The notes beneath the pieces were generated by a model. The model ran no database searches and was not told where the DNA came from. It was given only the letters and a program-made list of their open reading frames with translations. A DNA stretch of 64,000 bases from assembly GCA_028023455.1 (NCBI GenBank), contig JAQFVV010000005.1:22816001-22880000 (forward strand), given 5' to 3'. Each line of letters begins with the position of its first letter. Within the stretch, counting starts at the first letter, position 1. A program made the position numbers and the translations under genes. The DNA comes from Epiperipatus broadwayi (lineage: Eukaryota; Animalia; Onychophora). Of the stretch, positions 24,257 through 38,600 are shown one piece after another.

Positions 24257-27200
24257 AAAAAAAATGGAATTTATTAACTGTATATATTTAAAACTAATTA
24301 ATGCATCGGAAATCACATATATAATATAGAGAATTTTGAATTGGATTGAAATAAATAAGATCGAGATCAGAGTAATTTATTAAATTGTATGTTTATTTTT
24401 GCAGATTAAATTTGACGATTTTATCTATATTATTCTTGCATTTTACACTTAAAATGCGCGTAGCATCTAACATTTTGGAGAGCGCTTTAACCTTCTCTCC
24501 TTACAATTAAAATTATTTTACATTTGTTATTTTATTTGATGAAGTTAAATATTGTTTTCATCATTTGCTGTATTATCTTATTGATCAGTCACTGCATTGT
24601 AGCTATGGGGCAGATTATGCTAATTCCTCTTATTCCATGGTTTTCAGCTAAGCAATCAGACGAAGCCTTGTTTTCTCATATATGTGAAACATTTAAAGTC
24701 AAATTTATCTATAATATTATTATTTCAAACTATTGTACATGAGACCGAAACTAGCTCTTGAATATGTCAGACAATGGCTGAAACTTAATTTAAGGGAGGA
24801 AGAGTTGGCAACCAAAAGAACCAATGCGCTATAGCGCTGGTAAACAGTTATACTAAATGTCGCTCTGCGGATGGATTAAGATTTAGGGTTTTGTGATCAA
24901 CACCGGAGCCCTATGACCGATCACCATGCTGCTAAAGAGGGTTGGGGTAGCTAACACTATTGCCTGGAATTTGACGTCAGGTCTTATTCGTGTGCGACCC
25001 AAGGAGTGTAAGAGGGATGGCCGTTCCGAGTCCCATCTTAAAGAAAAATGCAACATAACGAGAAAGTTGAAATTGTATAATAAAATTATCACATCCGCCA
25101 AGCCAAAGAGTTGAAATAATTTAATATTTAGCCACGAGAACGATAGCTAATCAGTGGAATCATTAGCGCCAACTCTAATATAGCATTTTAATAATCATAT
25201 GCTATACGTGGGCGTACTTTTAAATATTCTTTGCTTTCTAGTTTCAATCTCAAATAACACATTTGATTACGCGATTAATAAAAAGAAAAAGGGGGAAAGT
25301 ATATTTGGAGGGCTTTTACAAAATGAAATAAATAACAAATATACTTATTCAAGGCTTGGATATTGCTTAGTGAAAATTAAATTGAAATTTACTTTGGGTT
25401 AAAACAAGATTCCCATTTTAAAATTGCAAACAAATAATTAAATAATCAAGGTCAAAATAATAATCAGCACATAGCCAATTCTTAACAGTTATTTAAGAGG
25501 GTTTCGAAACAGCGTGCATTAAGCTACGATAAATAATTATTAAATGAAGAGGGGTCATTCTCTCTTCTCTTTATTATTAATATTGAATGCCCGCTGTTTC
25601 GAGGCATTAGCATATAATTTATATTTTAAAATAAAAAGAAATAAAGAAACCATAGTCACAACTGCAGTGAGAAAATTGAAAATAAAATTATTAAAATCAT
25701 TTAGTTAGGAAACATTACAAAGTAGGTCAGAATGATATAATTAAATTTAAGAATAAAATTTTATATTTCGCAATTTACTTGAATTCAAGATTTTAGAATT
25801 AAAATACATTTTATAAGTCTAGACTTAAAGGAAAATTAATATATTGAACTGCAGTTAGAAATGGTGAGGTTACCGGTCATCTTGTAGTACTTGAGCTGGA
25901 GTTACGGGAGTCTTTGTGGCGGCTTGCGGCATCATCTTCTTCCCACGGTTAGAGCGGAGCTGTTATGGCGGCATACTGGGGGTGGTTTTTTGGATGGAAG
26001 TAAAGGCCCGTCGCCTTCACTCTGGAGCTTAGCCAAGGCTGCCTGTTTTAGCCCGACATTTTCCCTCGCACAGATATAAAAATTATTGTCTTAACTGGAT
26101 GTTTAAATGTTCACGGTTGCTTTTGGTTCAGGATACACGCTGGATTCCAAAGCTTAATGATGATCAAAGAGGGCAAAACTTCACAGATGTAGCATTCAAG
26201 CTGTCAAGGTTTCAAAAAGTAAAGATCTAAGATGGCTCCTCCACTTTACATGGCCTTTTTAAATGATCGCCTTATCAGCCCACACACCTTGGAATTTCAT
26301 CTCCATCAAGATTACAAAATTTTTAATTTGCTTATGAAATTAGTGGTTGACTTCAAACATGCTGACATTCCTTTTAGGTGTTATAACTTTTCTCTGATTA
26401 TCAACTTTTAATTAAATCGAATTTTAATCAGTTTAATCCGATATTAGATTTTATTTTTAATTAGTCAGGAATTTTGTTCTGATTTTATAATTTATGTGTA
26501 AAATCCCTGCTGTAAACATATTTTTAATTAGCGAGGTCTCCAAAATAATTTAGAATCAATTAGCTAGATTATTTTAAAATTGGCTTTTCTTTTTAGAAAC
26601 CTAAGGCAGGTGTGGCATATACTGATACAATTGTTTACAGCAAAAACTTTACTAAACTTTTAATTCTCCGAAAATACTTTTATTTTTAGAAAAAAAAAAC
26701 CTTTTTCTTTTTAAAAAGAAACTTGTCAGCGCATTCGCAATCAATCACCCTTTCAATGTGTTTTTACATAAAATTGGTTTATAATAAAAATGAAACTTAA
26801 AATTTAATAAATATTTTAATCACGCCACTATGCTATATGTATATTCAATATAGGTGGATTATATTCCCACATACGAATTTAAGTAATAAATTAATAAATT
26901 GACGCTACATTATTACTGTTTAAAAATAGTTTAAAAATATTACGCGATAAAATTATACGCTATAACTCTGGCAATACTATTCAATTATAGCGTTCTTTCG
27001 TATGTGCATATATAATGCTGTTTATATAGCCGTGATTGCAATTTTTAGCTTACAAATCTTGATTTAGACTTATTAAACAGGTTTGAACTTAGCACAGATG
27101 AGTGGGTTATTAGGATGGTTGGTGAAACGGTGAGGGACTTGAAGACAACCGTTTCACTATAAGCAAAAGTGGCATCAGTTTTTGTCATAGAGATGAGAGT

Positions 27201-28385
27201 TCAGATTTTGTCATAGAGATGAGACTTGAGATTTTGTCGTGAAAGTATTTTGTTGTTTTTTAATGATGAATTAAAGCAAAATTAATTCAAAGGAAGTTTT
27301 AATTTTAGTTAAATGTATATATATTTTAAGAATAAAAACTTTAATTAGATGTACATAGTACATTAATATAAATCATTAGTTTATAATAAATCTCTAAAAG
27401 TTAGCTTTCTGACATAAGTTTAAATTTAAAAGAAAGAATAACTCATGTTAAGATGGGGACTAGCAGTAGAAGATTATTGTTAATTTGTGATTGCTTAAGT
27501 GGAAGTATCTTATTGCCTAGTCATTTCCATCTGCTTTTGGTGATTCATCTTTGGTAATCAAGCATATACGTGTATATAGACATTTATTGTTTTTTACATT
27601 GCAGATTTTTTAAATTATATTTTGTCAAAAAAAAAATCCTTGATAAATATGACAAAGTTTTTTAAAAAAATATTCATTTAATATAAAATCTTTTTTCAAA
27701 AGAAAATTTCTCAAATTTTGAATAAATATACTATTTTTGATTATTTACTACAGGATGAAGATTAATTCCAATCATTAGTGACCGTTACATTATTTGCAAT
27801 CATATTAGTGCATCAATCTTCATCTGACCAATCCATATTAATTTGTCCTCTACCTTTCATCTAAAATTAGATAGATACTCATTTACCATCTGAATTAGAG
27901 AGTTAGATAGATTCAGTATGGGCCAACTACTTATAAAAAAATTTTGCATACATAGAAATCTCTAGCTATGGGGATATGAACCAATTCTAGGGTATGGCAG
28001 GCTAAAACACTAACCAATAACAGTTGTTTCTTCTAATATAGTTTCTGGATAAGTCATGACCCTTAATAAAAAAAAACTGTCATTAAAAATTAATGTTTTT
28101 GTTTTTTGAAATCTACTGCTATCCTTTATGAAAATCAAAAGATTCTCCTTTTATACATATGTTCACTGAAGTATCAATATGATGTAACCAGTATACTTAC
28201 TTGAATCAGATAATGGTAACAGTAAAATGTTTGATTGAATCATTACTACCATTGCATTAACTAAATCAATGCATATGTAACTAAATGAAAGAAAAAGTGC
28301 TGCTGTTTCTACGGATATTCAGTATTTTTTATTGTAAACTAATATTTTTAAAGTAACAAATTATTTTTTTACCTCATTTCTATTA

Positions 28386-28472
28386 GATGCAAAAAATCCA
28401 GATGTATTAAGTCCAGATCCAAAACTCCTCACTGATGAAAGCCATAAGCTAGAAACTGATCTGGGGATATGG
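28386..28472 (+). mobile_element. Family A fragment with hammerhead core
   Basis: TCCTCA-CTGATGA-AAGC-CATAA-GCTA-GAAAC-TG-ATC-TGGGGA at 28426-28467. Stem III is mismatched. Confidence 0.75.
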
Positions 28473-29055
28473 AAGGAACAACATTAAATAGGGAATTATT
28501 AGACATTACCATGCACATGGAAGCAGAAGAGAAGTAAGAAAAATAGATTTGCTACTTTAAAATAATGTGAAGGCAGGAAGTCGTGACATTTTGTCGGAGA
28601 GATGGGATTTTTGTTTTAGATTTTGTACGTTTTTTTTTTTTACTTTAATGTCTCCTTCTTAAGAAATTTAATGGAAAGTCCACATGGTATTTTTTAGAAA
28701 TAGAAACTTTTATTGCGTAAAGAATTTGTGCTATTTTTTTTATTATAAAAAAGTCTTTTATGATTTTAAAATACTATATTTTTACCATTCACAATTCAAA
28801 GATGCCAAATTACTATCAGAGATTTTTTAAAATTATTTTTGAGTCTTTAGAAATTATACATCATCTAATAAATTAAAAAACAAATTTTATCCAGAATTAT
28901 ATTAATAATTTTTATTAATCATTCATTAGATTAGAAATTATCCACTAATGATAATGTAATTTTTACTCCATTCTCATGAATGGTTTCTGTCCGCTTTTAA
29001 TGCCTTGTGGAGGGATGTAGTCATAAACATATGACCAAAAACATATGAAAAAGAT

Positions 29056-29307
29056 AGGCAAAACTGTCTCCATACAGTAGCGCCACTCTAAGCAAGAAAG
29101 AGTAATCAATGGATGCCAGAAGGCTTATGCATAAAATCCCTATCTAGTGCCTACTCGTCCAATATCCCCGAACTAGTTTCTGGCTTATGGCCTCCATTGA
29201 TTACTCTGTCTTGCTTAGAGTGGCACTACTGTATGGAGAGAGTTTTGCCTATTTTAACCACAGTTATGAGCATGGAAGATAGTGATCATGTGATGTTTTA
29301 AGGTTTA
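29056..29307. mobile_element. Family A fold-back insertion
   Basis: Inverted arms joined at a TGGC microhomology near 29190, with a 57-nt tail. TSD ATATGAAAAAGAT at 29043-29055 and 29308-29320. Confidence 0.9.
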
Positions 29308-29539
29308 ATATGAAAAAGATCTATGATCTCCCAAGATGTCCTTTTTGTGCTGAACCAGCACTCATCTGTTGGCCCAGACCACAATCTTTGTCATATGTTT
29401 ATGATTTCATCCCCTACAATGTGTTAAAAGTGGATAAAAACCATCCCCGACCTTGCATGAGAATGGTGTAGTGAAAATTAAACTACAGAAATATTATTCA
29501 TTTTGTCCAGAGATGTAATAAATTATAGGATAGATCAAA

Positions 29540-30021
29540 TGAAAGTAATTCACATTGCCCAAAATCCTAATAGATATAACTCCGGCAACTAAACTCCTGA
29601 CACCAGGTCAAAATCCTGATACTGAAAATTGACAGATCAAAATCTCAACAGTCTAAAATCCTGAAAATGTAAAATGCCAACAGATAAATAATCTGTTTTG
29701 CATCTATTAAGAATAAAACTATTTTGCATACGATGTATCTTTTTACGTATTTTAACATCACAGGCAGGAAATCATAATTTTACGTAGAAAAAAAATTATT
29801 GAGATCATTCTTTTAAAGCAAATTTTTTATTTAGTAAAGTTAATTAAAAATTAAATTTTATATGAGTAGTTTCACAATAAAAGTGGTATTGTCTAAATTT
29901 CGATGTGCCAACATTTTATGATATCGGGATTTTACCTTTCCAAGATCTTGAACTGTTGGGATTTTAGTTGTTGGGATTTTTACTGATGGGGCTACAGTTA
30001 TCGGGATTTGGAATTAACCCA
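29540..30021. mobile_element. Degenerate MULE-like MITE
   Basis: Clustered AAAATCC(C/T)GA motifs on the left and (TC/TT)GGGATTTT motifs on the right, in inverted orientation. Confidence 0.45.
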
Positions 30022-32363
30022 ATTTAAATAATATAATAAATTTTAAAATTAAACTATATTTCTTAGTTTTCTGTTACTAGGCTGTGTCATTGGATGAGCC
30101 TCTAGTCTCCTGATGTAATAAAATACATAATATTCGTATTGTTAATTGCTTAGGCAATCGTTGACATTCCAGAGTCTTATTATCAGACTAAACATTTAAC
30201 CATTTCCATTAATATGAACAGAGTTTTTTAAAATTTATTATTCTCTGCTGAGAATCCATCTTGAGTCCATTACTCTCTGACTATTTTAAATCACGCAGAG
30301 GGAAGATACATTTGAGTAACAGAAAACTACTATAGTTTCAATTTTATTAAATTAGCTGTATTTAATTTCTGATGTTTTAGCCACAAATGAATTAAATATT
30401 TGATTGAATTGTCATGACAATGATAACTTAAAAATAAAATGTCCAAAATATATTTCAACTTTCATAATTACATAGAGTTTCCACTGAAATGTACAAATTT
30501 ATTTTCTTTCCCTACTAATTTTATCAGAGCTTAAAGCGAAATAACATTCCAACTGAACTTTGATAAATGCTGGTTTAGACAAATATTTTCATTTTTTATT
30601 GAATACCCATATTTGAAAACAAAAATGTTAACTACTTTATTTATTTGCAACAAACTTTTAATACTTAAAGATGTATCATTTATAAATTTTGACACGGGTG
30701 TAATGGTTGCTTCAGCCTAAGTACAGACAAGGTGTATATTAAAAATGTAATTTTAATGTAATAAAGTATAAACAAGTGAAAAAATTTGAACCGTGTGTTC
30801 TTTTGTTTGTATTAAGTTCATTAGTCTTTTATAAATATAAATTAAAACAACTTATTGCATAACAAAGCCTTCTCCAAAAGCTCTCAAAGAGGAATCATAC
30901 ATAAGGCGTTAATTATTAGGTTTTCTATTTGCCAGTATGAAAATAGTTTGAGGGATGTTTCTATCATTTATTGGGAAAGACTGCTTTACTAATATCTGAT
31001 CAAAATTTTCAAGTTTTTCTTGGCTTGCATTTGAATCCAGACACCACTATATACTGCAAGACACTTGATTCCTTATGTATATACAATGTTAAATACTGAT
31101 GACTTCTGTTTTCATTCAATATCATTAGTAAAAGCATTGATGGCAGTGTCAACAGACTTGTATGAAATATGAAGTCAAATTAAAACAAGGAAGTCTTTTA
31201 TTATTTATTTTCTTTCTAAGAGAGTTGGGGATTGAGGCAGAAAGATTGAATAAGGATGGGAATTCCCACTGTGGGAACTAAAAAAATACAATACATTAAG
31301 TTCTTGGGGGGGGGGGGCGTTGAAATTTTTGCAAACAATGTAAAAACACGTTGAGTTATTAGAGATGTGGGTGGAATTACAGAAATTAAAGTCATTGAAA
31401 AAAATCTGTAAGATCCTAAAGTGTAATGAGAAGAATAAAGCAGAATAGACATTGGGAAATATTTATTATAAAGAAGTGGGCGTATAATAATTTAGATACT
31501 TTGTGAAATGGAAAAAGGAAATTTACAGTTGCTTTGGCAATTGGAATTAAGAAGTAAAGCAAATAGAATAGTAATAAAAGTATTGTACATTTTTTATATA
31601 ATAAATGTGAGATATGGAGAATAATTTAGAAAGTGGTGATGGGTGCCTGCTTAACATTTAGAAATGAGGTGATTTGTATAGGTAACTTAAATTTTTTTAA
31701 ATTAGAAATGGCAAAAGATAGATTTGCATGGGAAAGTGATCTGTGGAAATTGGGGAAAGTCATTGATAAAAATAATAGATTGGATTATATGGAAAAAGGA
31801 CAACAATCATTGAGCAAGAACAGTTTTACAATATGCAAAGCTGATAGGTAATAATTTATTTATATATATTTAAATAAGAAGGGGAATAAATGTATAGAAA
31901 ATATGTTAAAGATACTTAATTTTTAGATAGGATAAAAGAGGATATAGATAAGTTGTTAGAGAAAAAGAAATAAAAGTTATAGAAAATGACTGAATAAAAG
32001 AAATTATTTGAAATACAATAAAAATTAGATGAGAAAGAATGCATGCTAAGGGAGCTTATTTTTATTTAGACATCATGGGAAGAAACCAAAAATAGAATAT
32101 GGATTGTAATATAGTTTATACTATACTTCATACAATAGTCCCAAAATGAAAACAATGTTTTCAATTCAGTATCTACACATTTTGGTGTCTTTGGTCTTTA
32201 ATAACCATAGTCGCCATCATCCTATTTGGCAGGATTGGTATGTTGTGTTTAGATATAATTTATGTAAAAATAGAAGAGTACTGAATATTGTTTTTTGGAG
32301 TGTGGGACATTGAAAGTGAATTATAATAAAATTGTACAGCGAATATGAGAAGATGGAGGTTTT

Positions 32364-32475
32364 TTTTTTTTTTTCATATGTCATAGCATCGGCCGGGACG
32401 CGAACCCACAACCGTCTGCAACCAACTACTTGCTTGCATGGCGGCTGCGATACCTCTCGGCTAACAACGCAAGAC
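32364..32475 (-). mobile_element. tRNA-derived SINE, full length and young
   Basis: A-box TAGCCGAGAGGT, B-box GGTTCGCGTCCC, poly-A tail. 14-bp TSD AAGATGGAGGTTTT at 32350-32363 and 32476-32489. Confidence 0.9.
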
Positions 32476-32809
32476 AAGATGGAGGTTTTGTAACTTTTTT
32501 TTTAGATTTTTATTACGAAAGTGGTGAATATAAGCATAAGATAAGGAGATTAATGACATAGCATTTATTAGAATAGAAAATGAATCAGGGCTGGAAGAAT
32601 GATTTTATAATAAAAAAAAAAACAAGAAATAGATGAATGCAATGTGATATATAAAGATTTCTGAAAAAGACAATATTTAACTAGGCTCATAGAGTTTTCT
32701 AAATATATTGCCTTTATACAAAAATATAGACAAAATGGTTTTGTTGCTAGGCAATTCTCACCATCTAAATGAAGCCATTTAATGAAAATTATATTATAGA
32801 AGTATTTTT

Positions 32810-33172
32810 GGCCTTACTATTAATTTTCATTGATTAAATCCACGAGTACAATAATGATTGATAATGAAGAAATAGATCTCTACCGTCTAATTAAAAATAT
32901 TTATAAATACAATTGCTTATCCAAGTCTCTGAACCTGTGATATGTCTGTTCGGCGTTACTATTAGTTTTTATTGATTAAATCAACGATTGCATTAGTAAT
33001 TGATAATGAAGAAAGAGGTCACTACTATCTAATTACAAGTATTTATAAATACAATTGCTTATTTAAGTCTGAATCTGTTACAAAAGTCTGTCCGGCGTTA
33101 AATATTTGTTTCCATTCATAACATTAATAATTTATAATGACGAAAGAGGTCACTACTGTCTAATTAAAAAAT
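32810..33172. repeat. 142-bp tandem repeat, about 2.5 copies
   Basis: GGC(C/G)TTA landmarks at 32810, 32952 and 33094. ATAATGA(A/C)GAAA(G/T)AG block in each unit. Confidence 0.8.
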
Positions 33173-33912
33173 TTTATGTATTGCCCCAGAGATATAAAAA
33201 TGTCCCTTTAAGGAAATTAGGATTTCAATAAATTTTTGCTTATACGAGGATGATAAGCAGATAGAAATTCAGATGTCATTTATATTTGTAATTTACCTTA
33301 GTCATTTAATGTTATTTAACACTGGTATTTTTTTTTTAATTATTTATTTACAATTGCAACTTTATAACTTCTACTTTCTTCTTTCGTAATCTTTAAAGAT
33401 TTATTTTAGACCGTGAATAACTCGATATTAGTGCTAAATGGACATATACAATTGATTTTTGGCTAATTTAATTTTATTGAGTAGGAAAACCTGCTTCGCG
33501 CAGCCATGAATTATTATTTTATTTGAAGTTTACATTTTTTTAAATATTACACATTTCAAAATAAATACATTTATTGATAAGGAAAATTATCTAAATGCTT
33601 TTAAACAATATTTATCAAACGATAAAAACTTTTCTAGCCAAAAGATTGATCCGTGGTCTATAATTGGTATAATACCGAGATCATTCAAATATATAGTTTG
33701 TTACCTAATATTAGGTCTGTCTATGTAATAAGTTGGTTATTAGTTAGAATGGTATAAAAGATAGTTGCTAGATGTTAAAAAGAATTTATTACGTTTCCAT
33801 GACAATGGCAAAACCCGGAAACTGGTTTGGGGAAGTAGGATATTATACCACTTGGTACCATTGATTACTCAAAAAATTAAAAAACAGCATTACAATGCTA
33901 TATACTCAGTGG

Positions 33913-33960
33913 CAGGGTTGGCGCTACCGTTTAGATAAACTAACTGCTTAGGGTGCTAGT
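33913..33960 (+). mobile_element. Single hAT (Tip100-like) terminus, degenerate
   Basis: CAGGGTTGGCGCTACCGTTTAGATAAACTAACTGCTTAGGGTGC resembles CAGGGCCGGC...TAGGC...GCCTAGGGCGC ends. No partner end found. Confidence 0.35.
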
Positions 33961-34167
33961 CATGAAGAAGCACTAAATTTCAACCTATGCTGTATTCATA
34001 TTTTACTAAAATGTCGAAATTAAATAATGATAATTCTTGAAATTTTCATGTAAATTTTTTTTATGTGTTTCCCTATTCTTATTCCTGATAATAAATAAAA
34101 GTTATATTATGTTTATTATAATTTATGAAATAATTATATCTTATGTTTTGATATAATGTATTGTTTT

Positions 34168-34481
34168 AAACCACTAACCATCACATGATCACCGTTTCTT
34201 ATGCTTGCTCATAACTTATTAAACAACTATATAGCTTATTAAATAATCACCATATTCTTACCACCTTTAAGCAAATAATGTTTATTATATAATTAAACAG
34301 GCAAAACTCTCCATATAGTAGTGTCACTCAGTGCAAGCCAGAGTAAACAATGGATGCCAGAAGGCTTGTGCATAAAATCCCTATCTGGTGCCTACTCATC
34401 CAATATCCCCAGACTAGTTTCTAGCTTGTGACTTTCATCATTGAGGAGCCTTGGATTTAAGAGCAATAGGTGCACACTGCA
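34168..34481 (-). mobile_element. Family A copy (tail, ~70-bp interruption, body)
   Basis: Tail 34168-~34230 and body 34293-34465. Hammerhead core reads ATGATGA...GAAACTAGTC. Confidence 0.85.
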
Positions 34482-35303
34482 TATGCAAAAATAATTTTTA
34501 ACTCTAAAATTAAAATTTCACTTTAAAAAATATCCAACTTAATAACGGGTGCATTTATAAACTTTGCTTAAGGTGAAAAATAACCTGATGCTCAGGTGGT
34601 ATTATTGACAATAGCAGCTAAGTAATATTGGCAAAAATTTATATAGTGAAACAGTACAATAATTTAAACTTAACAACTTGGGTTTATTAACTTGAGGCAA
34701 AACAAATAGATATTATGAGAAAGAATTTGATACTTTGACTAATTTGTTAGCAATGAACAAGACATCTTTAAGTACAGACTTATTCTTCTTAAAGGGTGAC
34801 TTAAGCTTCTTCATATGTATATTTAGTATACATTGTGATTACTGGCCTGTATTTGCTTTTTTGTTTCTCTACTCTTACGAAAAATAGACAGATTTTACCA
34901 TTTGAACAATCTGCATAAATTAGTATATATTAGTTTACTGAAAATTTAAATGCATGCTTAGCATATGTAAATTTTCTAGAGTATTTACATTTTGGGAGAA
35001 ATTTATTCATTTTCTGTCTGACTAAAATTATAATAAATTTATGAACTTTGTTAACAAAACCAATAAAATATATGTATATACACACACAGTGCTATAGTTA
35101 CTCAGATAGTGAAATCCTCCCTTCACTATAGAAAATAGTATGTTTAATCACAAATATAATTTGTTAATCTCTGTGGTCTTCTGCAATCTTTCACATACCT
35201 TGGTAGAGGTATGGATCTTTCTTCATCCTATTTTGTTACACTCTCTTCTTGCTAAGACTTCTGCAGATCCCTAATGTTGTTGGTTGATCATAAGATCAGT
35301 TAC

Positions 35304-35615
35304 AAGTCAATAAACATCACATGACCACCATTTCTTATGTTTGTGTATTACTGTTATTAAGGTGTTTTCAGTTTAAGACTCATAGTTTTGTAGTTAAGTG
35401 TGGCTGCTGGAGGGTTGCATTAGATCCTAAGATCTAGGTGCAGTGCTCTCACTTCCAAGGTTCCTCACTGACAAAGGCCACAAGCCAGAAACTAGTCTGG
35501 GAATATTGGACGAGAAGCCACTAGATGGGGATTTTATGCACAAGCCTTCTGGCATCCATTGATTACTCTATCTTGCTGTGTGTGGCAATACGTATAGTGA
35601 GTTTTATCTGTTTTA
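35304..35615. mobile_element. Family A insertion (inverted tail plus long sense arm)
   Basis: 14-bp TSD ATAAGATCAGTTAC at 35290-35303 and 35616-35629. Hammerhead CTGACAA...GAAACTAGTC at 35468-35497. Confidence 0.9.
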
Positions 35616-35689
35616 ATAAGATCAGTTACTCAAAATAGATAGTCTGCTCTCATTTATTTGTTTATTACTAAGTATTTCTTCATCTAGGG

Positions 35690-38600
35690 TCTCTGATGAT
35701 GTGTTAGCACAATCAACCTCTTTTACTGATATTGGAGATCTCATCCACATATTTATTGGTTTTAATGGCTCATTCTAATGGTTTTTCAAATGAATGATAT
35801 GTCTTCTAAATTCATTTCCATTGGGCATCTGTACTAGTCTCAATTGTTTTGATAGAACTTTCAATACGAATCTGGGTAGATACTTTTTTTTTTGGAACAT
35901 CTCTTATTGACACAGTATCTGCAACATTAAATTTTACGCTGTCAAAATGAATTTCTCTTAATGTGCTCCTTCTTACACTAATATAGAGACATGTATACAA
36001 ACATTTCAACCCATTAACATTTTGTTACATATTATTTTTAGTAAATGTACTCTGTGTAAATTTTAGTAGAACATGGCAGCCATTAGAACTTTATTTATAT
36101 CCTTCCTTATAATAGTTTTTATTTGCATTGACTTTAACTGTTAGTGTTGAATCTTATTAACTAAAAAGTCTTTTAACTGTAATCATCTGAAAGCAGTTCC
36201 ATTATCAGATATGATAAGTTTCAGGATATCTGTGGCAAGCAAATAATTCATTTAAAACTTGGACGATATACTCTGCACTTGTGTTTTTAATCACCTTGCA
36301 TTCAGCCCATTTAGAATATGAATCAATCGCAGATCAGGAAAATATATCTGTTAAATAGTCTGCCATGATCCATGTGTAACCTCTGTAAGGGACTTCTGGC
36401 TCGAGGTCAAAGTTTAAACTTTTTTGAAGGTAAGTTCACTCTCTATACCACTTTATTGCTGTTCAATCTCATGACTCATTCTGCGCTGCCACATATGATC
36501 ATGCTAATTCCTTCAAACTCAAGATTCACAGTTGTCCTTTACATAACAAGTCTAACACCTGTTTTCTACCTTCAGTTAGAATTAATATGTGATCAATCAT
36601 TATTCCATAGAGATTCTATAACATAACTAGGTAAATTTCCAGGTCATCCATTTTTAATTCATTTTTTATTATTTAATACCTGGAATTATCTTTAGTTCAT
36701 TTTGTTACTATGGTGCTATTTAAGGCATTTAACTTTATTGAATCTGTATAATTAAACTCTGTGATCTTATGCCCAAACCTGCCTGTATCCAGTAGACTTG
36801 TTAGTATCTGCATGACCTATTTCTCTATCCTTATTATAGATGAGTTTGAAGTCATATGATGCCAAAATATTAATCCAGTGGATCATTCTTTATCTAGTGT
36901 GATCAGGAGTCTTCTTCAAGTTTCCCAGAATTTCTAGCAGGTCGATGGTCTGTATAAATTTTGAACCATGTCTTAAATGTATTTGGTGAAATTTTTGTCA
37001 CAACGAAGATAATTGCTATTGCATCTTTATCTAGCTGGCTGTAGTTCTTTTCTGCTACTGTTATAGTTCTGAATACATATGCAATTGGATATTTACCTCC
37101 ATAGCAAATATGTGATATTAACAGCCTTACACCATACCCAGAAGTATGTGTTGTAACTATCAATTTTTGATCATTGCCATTAGAGATTAATAGCTTTTAG
37201 CCCTCTTAAATGCTTTATCATGCTCTACTCCCCATTTCCATCATTGTTTCTTTTTTAATAATTGATATAATGACATTTCTACGTGTGCTTTGTCTTTCAG
37301 AAAACTCAAAGAAATTAAGTAATCCCAGAAATGCTTGTAAGTCTAACATTTTTTGATTTAACAGCATTTTGGGGTTTCACCTTTTCTGGTTTTGGGTATT
37401 TGACTCTATTTCTCAGAATATATTCCAGAAACTTTATTTCAGTAGTTGCCAAATGCACTTCAAAACATTTAATCTTGCACCAATTTTCTAGTTTAGCATA
37501 AACTCTATGTACATATGTTGACAGTTTTTTCTATTTCAGCAATTATTAAGATGTCATCAAGGTAAGGAATGACTTCTTCCATCCCTGACTATCCATTTTC
37601 ATTTGTAACATGTTTGGTGCTATTGTTATTTCATATGATAATTTGTCACACTTAAATAATCCCAAGTGGATATTGATGATTAAAAATTCACCATTCTGGT
37701 CATAGGAATTTGATGATATGCATAACTTACATTTTTTTGTAATGATGCTAGATATCTCACAAATATTGGGTTCAGTATTATATGAAAATTATCACATAGA
37801 TGAAATGCCCTGTCTGGCTTTAGGATTACCAACAACTCTTCAACAGATGAAAGTATCTTTTAGCCAATTCTTGAATTGTTTTCCCACTTTAGACTTTCAG
37901 GCAAAGGGAACCTTCAAGCAGTCTACACACAAATGGTCATATGTCTTTTACTAAATCAGTATTGACCGGTCATATAATGAATTTTAATGAGATTGACTTC
38001 AACTGTATGCTTTTTACTGACTCAACCCAAATTCCTAGAGATTTAAATTATTTTCTTTTCAATTTTGGGCTTAAATCCTTTTTTTCACCATGTAGAGAGG
38101 TAAATATTTAACTTTCAAATTAATTTTAACTGGTAGTTCTGTTTCCATTTATGCCAGACACTACCACATGTTTTCTAGTGTTATTTCATAAATTTTTTAT
38201 ATTGATCCAATCATTTTGGGATATTAGAGACAATGCTGCTCTGCTATTTATTTCCATCTTAATTTTTTATTCAAAGATATGAATATCCAACATAATATGG
38301 CTAATATCCACAATGTTTGTTTCTTTAATATCAGTTTTTCTTCTGTTAATTCCTCCTCTTGATTTAAAGTTTAGACATATCTTACTTTTAGTCTTTCTCT
38401 CCTTGATTACATAATTCATGATAAATGCCCTATTTTTCCACAAGCATGGCATTGTTCTTTTATAAATTTACAGTTTTTATCCAAATGACTTTTCTCACTA
38501 CAGCAATAACATATTCAAATACTGTTTGTATTTCTGCAGTTTAAACTTTCATCTTCCATTTTATTTACAGTCATTGAGAATGTCTATACTATTTGGAATT

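Noticed and set aside
23999-24316. 105-aa minus ORF with FSVTYVGRV (PTB-like strand)
   Set aside because: One short motif only; the rest does not fit a PTB domain.
24880-24895. AACCCTAAA as a telomerase template
   Set aside because: A single 9-mer with no other telomerase RNA features.
25505-25602. 20-bp inverted repeat containing CGAAACAGC
   Set aside because: No hammerhead 5' core and no TSD; too short to classify.
27122-27245. 10-bp stem-loop followed by a ~25-bp triple repeat
   Set aside because: No termini or motifs that assign it to an element or RNA class.
30064-30329. 15-bp perfect inverted repeat about 235 bp apart
   Set aside because: No TSD, second copy or ribozyme core; may be an eroded MITE.
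31200-32110. A-rich region possibly from a decayed LINE
   Set aside because: No diagnostic endonuclease or RT motif could be read.
35694-35720. CTGATGA followed by a TGTG/CACA stem
   Set aside because: Lacks GAAA and stem III, and lies at the end of the Gypsy integrase region.
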